A stretch of 63,502 bases of DNA, counting the filler, from Licmophora abbreviata (taxonomy: Eukaryota): assembly GCA_900291995.1 (NCBI GenBank). It is 10 parts of 10 records of this genome, joined end to end, with 100 filler letters (N's around TTAATTAATTAA, not from the genome) between each part and the next. Parts side by side here need not be neighbours in the genome. Positions count along the whole stretch, not along the records: positions 42,674 to 60,870 come from OLMU01005194.1; positions 60,971 to 62,029 come from OLMU01005195.1; positions 62,130 to 63,502 come from OLMU01005198.1; 7 more parts are not named here. One strand, written 5' to 3'. The position numbers and the translations under genes were made by a program. The notes beneath the pieces were generated by a model. It ran no database searches, was not told where the DNA came from, and saw nothing but the letters and a program-made list of their open reading frames with translations. Shown here piece after piece: positions 56,282-63,502 of the stretch. Within the stretch, counting starts at the first letter, position 1. Each line of letters begins with the position of its first letter.

Positions 56282-57876
56282 ATGTCCTCCCTGGCCTTTA
56301 CGAACGCAGCACTGCCGCCTGAGGCGGAGGAATGGATATCGATACACCTCCGAAGCACCCACAACCATGCGGCGGCGACTCGATTTGACCTCGGCGGGCT
56401 CAAGAAACTCAGAGGTCCGTTCCCAAAAAGTCGCTCTGCATTGCTTGTTCGTTCCACGGCTGTTTCCGACTCTTGATGCCTTATCTCCACTGTTTTTTCG
56501 TTCTTTCTCTTTCTGTCGACTCCGAAGTGCTAGAACTCAAAGCCTTGTGCACAGTTTTGAGACTTCGTTTGAATAATTACAGAGTTAGATGGCCATCCTC
56601 GACTGCACTCAAGGCGGACTGGGTCACGACCGTTCGATTATTCTTTTACGAGGATGGCTTCACGTGCAAAGTCCCCAATCCGGCCGCGATCGCTACCTTG
56701 AACCAACAACAAGAACAACAACAAGAGACCTCAAGCACCAGCTCGGCGGCTCCGCTTCCTGCCGTTCACCCGCCGCAAGCTGCTGCCCCCATGCCACCAG
56801 GTGCTGCTGCGTTACCTCCCGGGGCACCGCCGCTATGGATTGGTGGCGTGCGCCATCCCCCTTTGACTTCCCATCCGACTACAGCGGTTGCGTCGTCTGA
56901 TTCGGATATTTCGCCCGTAGGGAACACCTCCTTCCGAATGGTTGCGAAACGACGCAAGAAAAGCCCGAACAAGAAAAACCTCATTGTTCCCACGGCTGGA
57001 CCTCGTGCCGACATCGATCCTTCTCTAGTACCCCCTGCTGGATTCCGGCATCCTGGAAGCACCAACAACAACAACAACAACGACAACGACTCTCCAAGCG
57101 GCTCTATCCCCTCAAATATCATGAGTGCCGCTCTCCGCCAGATGGGTTTCACCAACGAAGTCGAGATCAACGATGGCGTTCGCAGTGTGCTCGGCGAGAA
57201 CCCCAGGGCGGGGCCGGACGAGGTGATGCTATGGATCGTCACGCAACGTGAGGAAGCCCAGGAAGCCCGGATGATTGATGTGGCGCGGTCGCGATCGGAA
57301 CAGCTGCGAGCGGAACAAGCGAAGATACGAAAAGACGCCTGCGCGAAGCGACGAATGGATGCGAGCTTGGAGGAGTTGATGTCTGCGTCTGACCTCTTTT
57401 CTACTTCAGTTCTGTTGCCCATGGCTCAAGAGTGTGTACGAGAGCTGCTGGATCAGCGGTCTCAGGCAAAGCCCGGTTTGATTGCGTTTCTGGAGGTAGA
57501 GAAGAATGCCTTCAAATGGTACGGAAAGAATCCTTGGTGCTATTTTCGGGATGTTAGCGAGCGATGGAAGTCCCTGTCGTTGGATGATCTTATTCTCGAT
57601 ATCGACACGGAACAAGAGCATATCAAAAACGCCATGTACTCTCTGGCTTCGCATCAAGGAGGAGTTCCAAAGATTTTCCGACGAGCGGAGGCTCGAGCAA
57701 AAGATGAGTGTCTCCCGACGTGTCCTGACGGTGATGGTGAAGCGTCGGACGAGAGTGACGATGAAGTTGTTCTGGTCAAAGAGGTCTTCTCCAATCCGGT
57801 TGCAAAACACCGAAATGGGGACAAATTGCCACTGGGTGAGAATGCTGCCAGTGTGGAAGTGATTGAGATATTATAG
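56282..57876 (+). CDS. SAP-like + UBA-like domain nuclear protein with SIM-like motifs (intron 56415-56527)
   Basis: Splicing gives DLGGLKKLR|VLELKALC..LKADWV (SAP-like). KRRKK NLS-like motif. ALRQMGF..VMLWI (UBA-like). DDEVVLV and VEVIEIL at the C-terminus. Start uncertain. Confidence 0.55.
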
Positions 57877-57908
57877 AATGACCGTAGCATTAAGAAATGT
57901 GCTGACCA

Positions 57909-59339
57909 TTAGAGAAATTCCTCTATTCTCACTGTACTTTCTGGTTCTGACTGCCTCGTGAAGGACGGGGGGTGTTTCTGAGCTTTGTTTGTTTGAAGCA
58001 ATAATTTGTTCAGAAACGATGACTCTTGACTTCGTCGGATCGCAACCATCCGCAAGGGCCGGTAGGCTTCGTACTTGGTGGAACGAACGGAGACATCTTC
58101 ATCCAATCTATAGTTCATTGGTGTTTGGTCGATACTCCAGTGAGTCACATCGAATCCCATTGCCTCTATCATCCGCTTCAATTCGTCGGCCGATGGGTGC
58201 AGCGTGGCATTCCGGTGCCACTGGAGAGGCCCAAGGTTGACCCAAATCCCGTCGGTGCATAGCACGTTCGAAATGACAGACATATACTCGTACACGTTCG
58301 TCGCAGTGTCGAGAAAGAAGCAAGTGACGACAGCGCCAAACTTTCTACTTGACTGAGACTGACCATAAGTCTCGACAAAGTCCCCAACAGTATAAGACAG
58401 TGTCCCCGGCAGCGGAAGCGTCATGTCCACATCCGGAAACGACACACCCCGGTACCTATTCGTCGAGTCGACTTCATTTACAAAGAAGTCCATAAGGAAA
58501 GGATGGAGAATCCCAGAGGTGCGATTCTGAAGTATCGAATGGGCGGCTGACGCCATGACGAGGGATGAGTCGTTGGCTTCCACCGCGTGTCCATCGCGTG
58601 CCAACTCGTATGCTAGCCTCCCCAGTCCTGCTCCGGGTAACAGCACGGTTGTAGCAGCGGCTTCGAGCTGCAGTCGACACCAGGTGTAGGTCATGGAGCG
58701 AACTTCCGCGCCAACCTGACTCCAATCCCGAACAATATGCGTGACAGCCTGCGTCGCCGAATCGTACGACGACGTCTCCGTCTCTACTTTCGTGGATCGG
58801 ACTGGCGGCTGATTGCTCGATGGCCGGCGAGGCATGCGATGATTATGTGCCACCAGTTCCTCGTGCGGTAGTACTTTTTGAGCTGGAAACGGCTTCAACA
58901 AGAACTTCTGCAGCACTTTTTCATCATGATCAAGCAGCGGTGATATTCGAATCAGTCGCTGCTGAAGGCTTTCCGACAAGACTCCATCATGCCCGAACAC
59001 GTCCCATTCCGACATTCTCGCAATTTCCAAAGATCGACTCAATCCGTTCAGAATATTCGATATTTCTTCATGATACTGGTCGATGGCACGACCAAGATCT
59101 CGCCACCTGGGCTCTTCGGAGACGACAAACGGGATTTTATGCTGCCGCGCTCCCATTTGAGATTCCACTTGAACGCTAGAAGGCTCATCGTCGACATGGT
59201 GGTGCTGAGTGGTTCTTTCAGGCCAAACAGAACAAGAAAGACGGTGAGAGAGAACCAGAGCCACCAGAATTGCAAGGATCCATGTGAATAGGTACGTCGC
59301 GTCCACGAAGCGGACAGCGGCGATGGAGAAGACGTCCAT
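57909..59339 (-). CDS. Carnosine N-methyltransferase-like (N2227 family) with N-terminal TM segment
   Basis: IVRDWS, LLPGAGLGRLAYELA, GDFVE.Y, VVTCFFLDTA.N, WVNLGPL.WH. Confidence 0.92.
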   Translation of the reverse strand: MDVFSIAAVRFVDATYLFTWILAILVALVLSHRLSCSVWPERTTQHHHVDDEPSSVQVESQMGARQHKIPFVVSEEPRWRDLGRAIDQYHEEISNILNGLSRSLEIARMSEWDVFGHDGVLSESLQQRLIRISPLLDHDEKVLQKFLLKPFPAQKVLPHEELVAHNHRMPRRPSSNQPPVRSTKVETETSSYDSATQAVTHIVRDWSQVGAEVRSMTYTWCRLQLEAAATTVLLPGAGLGRLAYELARDGHAVEANDSSLVMASAAHSILQNRTSGILHPFLMDFFVNEVDSTNRYRGVSFPDVDMTLPLPGTLSYTVGDFVETYGQSQSSRKFGAVVTCFFLDTATNVYEYMSVISNVLCTDGIWVNLGPLQWHRNATLHPSADELKRMIEAMGFDVTHWSIDQTPMNYRLDEDVSVRSTKYEAYRPLRMVAIRRSQESSFLNKLLLQTNKAQKHPPSFTRQSEPESTVRIEEFL

Positions 59340-59708
59340 CAACCTTAATCACCATCTCATGGTTCATCGTGTCGGGATTGTGGCAAATCAAATACGAGTA
59401 TCATACTTCGAAGTTCGAAGTAAAAAAGCGTCCAAAATCTAAAAAGAAATTTTAAATTCGAAAAAAACTGTCGAGAATTGCTAACTATCTGTCCATCGTC
59501 CGATTTCTTGTCACGCCATCAGCACACGTTGCGTCTTCAAGTTGATTACACAATGATTGCTAACTTCCTTGGCGACTTCTCATGCAACAAGTCTCCTAGA
59601 GGAGCCTCGGTTATTTGAAAATTTCAGGGGAGCAACGCGACTTTACCATGGCCTCGAACAAAGTACCTATCTTAACCTAGCTATGCTAGGTGGTAGAGAG
59701 AAAGTCGA

Positions 59709-61059
59709 TCATTCTTCTTCCATGTCCACTCCTTCACCATCCGCTCGCGAGGCGCCTTCCATGGTACTCTCATCCGCTAGCTCAATCACACGTTGGCACT
59801 TCGACTGAAGCACTCTGAGCGCCTCCGCCACAAGCACGGCGGGCTTCATCATTCCAACGCTCTCTACGGAGAAAATGAAGTGATTGGGCAAGCGACTCAT
59901 CCGGATCGCCGATGCAAGCTCTGGACTACGCATGTAGTTGCGAGACATGGTGCAAGCATAGGGATTAGCCACTCGTGCTTTTACCCGTGTTCCCTTTGGG
60001 TCTACCGAGGAGTCGGTTTGTACCAGCACAAAGACACCAGGCTCGTAGACGTGCACAAGTTCTTCTGCGAGCTCGTCGTATACCGGCTCTACCAGCTCAA
60101 CGTGCGGCATCAGGCGGTAGCATGCAGTGGCCACAGGTGAATACTTCGCGTGGTCGCTACCTGTCCCTCGATGAGCGTGGGCTTCCAGTTCAATCTCCTG
60201 ACCAGGTCGCAGCTTTGCCAACAGAATATCGTCGTGCACAGGTCGAATCCCTTCTGGAAAGCGATCTTCCTGTTCGCCTTGAGGAACCCATTTTAGTTCC
60301 CGGCTGTAGACGTGCTTAGTATATGGCCTATCGGGAGTTTCAATGGCCTCCCTATGATGGGCTGCAGCCGCTGCTGCGACGGCTTCATCCAGATCAGGAT
60401 TCACCACAACAGAATCTTCCTGAGACACCGGTGAGTCGGGGGCCAAGCCTTCTGTCGGCAGTCCATCGCTGCTACTACATGATACTTTCAATCGAAAGAC
60501 AAGCGTATTACGATCGGTCGGGTCGTCTTCTTTCTCAATCTCGTCAAACTTGCGGAAATCGACATTCAAGGGGATCAACCCCAGTCGATGAGCCAAGACT
60601 TCATCGTGGATGATCGATGTGTTGTTCCACATGTACACATGTTCAATAGCCATAGTGGGAACGTCCCCCAGCAGAATTCGACGAAGTGCATTGGCGAACG
60701 ATACATCGATTCCTTTCATTTCAAAGACAAGCTCGTTCTCAGAAGGGCGGTCGAGCACCTTGATTCGAAAATCGGTTCGAAACCTCTCGAGAAACTCTTC
60801 ACCATCTTTTGGTGTCAGTAGCTCCCCTGGAATATGCTGAAATTCTAAACCACTTTCCTTGACGTTGTAGNNNNNNNNNNNNNNNNNNNNNNNNNNNNNN
60901 NNNNNNNNNNNNNNTTAATTAATTAANNNNNNNNNNNNNNNNNNNNNNNNNNNNNNNNNNNNNNNNNNNNATATGCTGAAATTCTAAACCACTTTCCTTG
61001 ACGTTGTAGACTCCCCCAGTCGCCGATCCAAGAGGCGTAGACTCTGCAGGAGCCACCAT
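59709..61059 (-). CDS. RPC40: RNA polymerase I/III shared subunit RPAC1/RPC40 (start lies beyond the gap; 39-bp overlap)
   Basis: ANALRRILL..VPTMAIE, NNTSIIHDEVLAHRLGLIP, LAKLRPGQEI, HAKYSPVATA.YRL, HFIFSVESVG. Merging the overlap extends the frame to MVAPAEST at 61059. Confidence 0.95.
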
Positions 61060-61698
61060 GAATGCAGATGTCCCCGTTGGATGTTGTTGTGGTTGTGTTT
61101 TGTGGTTGGGTCTGTGATAGTTCGGCTTGTGTCGCGTTTTGTGTGTGAAGTCGGGATGATGAGTTCGTGGCCCTCGCTCCTCGTGTCCAGGAAACGTACG
61201 ACGGTCGTACTAGTAATTCCGACCCTACTAAGTGTACGGTCCTACTGTGACCGCCTCCTCGTTCGATAGTTCGTGTCCGTCTCTTCCGGATCATGTGCCA
61301 TCACAGCTCTCTATCTATTAGCTACTAGGTAAGAGATACAGTATCATCAGTATACTCGTATTCGTAGTCGAGGAAGGCCCCTGCGTGATTGGTGTCCGTA
61401 CCATGCCGTAGCCCTTCTATGAGATTGATCCTCGAACTTCACGAGCCAACCTGGACTATCATACTCGATCTTTACCTGGTACCAAATAATATGAAAGGCT
61501 CTCCTCGATGTCGCTGACGTCCATCAGTATCTCACCGGCTTGTTATGGTTTGAGGCCAGTGCCACAACTACTAGCAAAAACAGCTATGTAGAAAACTATT
61601 GAGCATTCTTTGTTTAATTCTCTTGCTGAATGCATGAAAAATCTTTTCAGATTGCTGATGATGTACAGATGCAAAACGTATGATTCCTTCCTCCCCGT

Positions 61699-62029
61699 CT
61701 ACCCAATTCTGCGTTCGTCCGCGTATGGGTCGAAGCGGACGCCTCCTGACTTGCTCGCGCTGTTCACTAGGCCAAGGCTCATGGCGCTTGTGACCCAGTA
61801 CAAAGTCTTCCCTCGTCTCTTGTCGCTGTCCTTCAGCTCAGAGTATGTTTCTCGAACGCTCTTGGGGAGGTTTCTGCATTTTCGGAGGTGTACTCGCTGC
61901 CAGCTCGTAATTAGACGGTACAGCTCATTGACAGCCTTGGGGAAGAACACAGCCATGGGAGCCTCATACTCGAGACTGCCTCCACAACGTCTGCGAGCTT
62001 CCGCGCAGTGCACGCATCGAAGCCCCACG
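61699..62029 (-). CDS. 3' fragment of a diatom-type Cys/His domain protein (GLRCxHC...YW..SA..LGL)
   Basis: VGLRCVHC..FFPK..WQRVHLRKC..LP..LK..RGKT.YWVTSAMSLGLV. Truncated by the gap. Confidence 0.7.
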
Positions 62030-62129
62030 NNNNNNNNNNNNNNNNNNNNNNNNNNNNNNNNNNNNNNNNNNNNTTAATTAATTAANNNNNNNNNNNNNNN
62101 NNNNNNNNNNNNNNNNNNNNNNNNNNNNN

Positions 62130-62167
<38 letters not shown>
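62130..62167. repeat. (CT)n microsatellite at contig end
   Basis: Seen directly. Confidence 0.95.
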
Positions 62168-62170
<3 letters not shown>

Positions 62171-62190
62171 ATACTGATGGAGTCATAGTC

Positions 62191-63502
62191 ATGTCACTCG
62201 AGACAACGACCAAAAACACGACGTCTCGCCGTGGAGTCGTCCTCCTGCGTCAACGGCGGCTCGCGCTTGGGACCGTCGCTCTTGGCCTTGCAATTTTGCT
62301 CGTTCAACTTAATCAACCTAGGAATGACAATAGTGCGAACTCTACTGGTTTCGAATCGAGGCCAAAAGAGGGTGGCGTTATTCAACTCCCGGAGGAAGCA
62401 TCGCAAAACAACAACAACAACAACAACAACAAGCCCTACATTATTCTCCACGTGGGTCCTCACAAGACGGCCACAACGACACTGCAACTGGAACTGACAA
62501 AGATGAACGACGTACTAGCCAAAGACAATACCACGTACGCGGGAAAATTCCAAGACAGCCGATTGGAACATGGCTACGCGGGACATCTTCCCATCTTGGG
62601 GTCTCTCAAGAACAGGGGATGCCAAACTCAAGTGAAACAGGCGCGAATAGAATATCAATCATCATCATCATCATCATCATCAAAAGGCAGTAGTGGGAGT
62701 CTCCGGGACGCCCTTGCAGAGGTGGACTGCTGGAAGAAGTTCACGAAACAGCTGGATTATTTCCAAAGTCTTGGTCATTCAGTCATTATATCCGACGAGA
62801 ACGTCGGCCTGAAAGATGACACCCATATTTCGATTGGAAGGTCGCCCTTGGACTGGATTGCGCTCCAGGAGACTCTTGGGGACGACTGGAATCTACTGGT
62901 AGCTGTGACATATAGGCGGTACGTCGATTGGTTGCCCTCTGCAAAGCAACAGCGCGAACGTTTTCGACCACAGCGCCATGATCTGAGAGTGTGGCCATCG
63001 TCATCGTTACAAGACGGCAATAGGAGTGTCGGGACCCGAATGGCAGCCATGTTTCCTGACTTTTGGGAGAGTCAACCCTATATCTTAATGCCGTTCCATT
63101 TCACCGACAAGATCCTCCGCATGTACGATGGGCATGTCCCACCCGTGAAAGTGATTAATCTGCATGATCCGGAGTATGCTGGCAGCGTGACGAGAAATTT
63201 TGTGTGTACCGTCCTGCCCCATGCTGTCGACTCATGTCCGTACAGTCGATCACTACCACCAGCCGTGCTTAATCCATCCGACCCACCGCCCTACTATGAC
63301 GTACTGGCTACTACTGCTGCCGACATGGGACTCTTGGACACGAGCCGCATCAGTCGTCGAGAGGCCGGGGACGCTGCGAAGGAGTTTCAAGAAAGCGACT
63401 TGCAACTCTCAGTATACGATTTTCCTCTCTTGTGTCCGTCTCACGAGGAGCTCGCGCTGTTTCTGAAGAAATCCTTGCAACTGGAGCAATCGATTCTTCC
63501 CG
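62191..63502 (+). CDS. Type II membrane sulfotransferase-like protein running off the window end (absent from ORF track)
   Basis: MSLETTTK..RRLALGTVALGLAILLV TM, poly-Asn, ILHVGPHKTATTTLQ (5'-PSB-like), IISDE, VTYRRYVDWLPS. No stop before 63502. Confidence 0.8.
   Translation, partial: MSLETTTKNTTSRRGVVLLRQRRLALGTVALGLAILLVQLNQPRNDNSANSTGFESRPKEGGVIQLPEEASQNNNNNNNNKPYIILHVGPHKTATTTLQLELTKMNDVLAKDNTTYAGKFQDSRLEHGYAGHLPILGSLKNRGCQTQVKQARIEYQSSSSSSSSKGSSGSLRDALAEVDCWKKFTKQLDYFQSLGHSVIISDENVGLKDDTHISIGRSPLDWIALQETLGDDWNLLVAVTYRRYVDWLPSAKQQRERFRPQRHDLRVWPSSSLQDGNRSVGTRMAAMFPDFWESQPYILMPFHFTDKILRMYDGHVPPVKVINLHDPEYAGSVTRNFVCTVLPHAVDSCPYSRSLPPAVLNPSDPPPYYDVLATTAADMGLLDTSRISRREAGDAAKEFQESDLQLSVYDFPLLCPSHEELALFLKKSLQLEQSILP

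Overview
Gene-dense eukaryotic nuclear scaffold, almost certainly from a diatom: short GT-AG introns, ASAFAP-like plastid presequences, a frustulin-type CQGDCD protein and an RXL/KxxK silaffin-like protein. It is a draft assembly with nine 100-bp N spacers carrying a TTAATTAATTAA linker. About 35 protein genes are supported, including a Kir-like channel, FEX/Fluc, a CDF Zn transporter, RPS27, a HADHB-like thiolase, UTP23, ABCA, ABC1K, an N2227 methyltransferase and RPC40. Highlights: (1) a 9-kb run of frustulin-like, sulfotransferase, GT61, sulfotransferase, silaffin-like and GT14-like genes, a candidate cell-wall protein plus tailoring-enzyme cluster; (2) a probably plastid-targeted mTERF + NUMOD1 + RNase H-like fusion; (3) a Nup98-like FG/GLEBS + PGAM5 fusion; (4) a Kir channel with a zinc-finger insertion. 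At least six genes carry single-base lesions that are most likely sequencing errors. All family calls come from motif recognition by eye, not database searches. No rRNA, tRNA, CRISPR array or intact mobile element was recognised.
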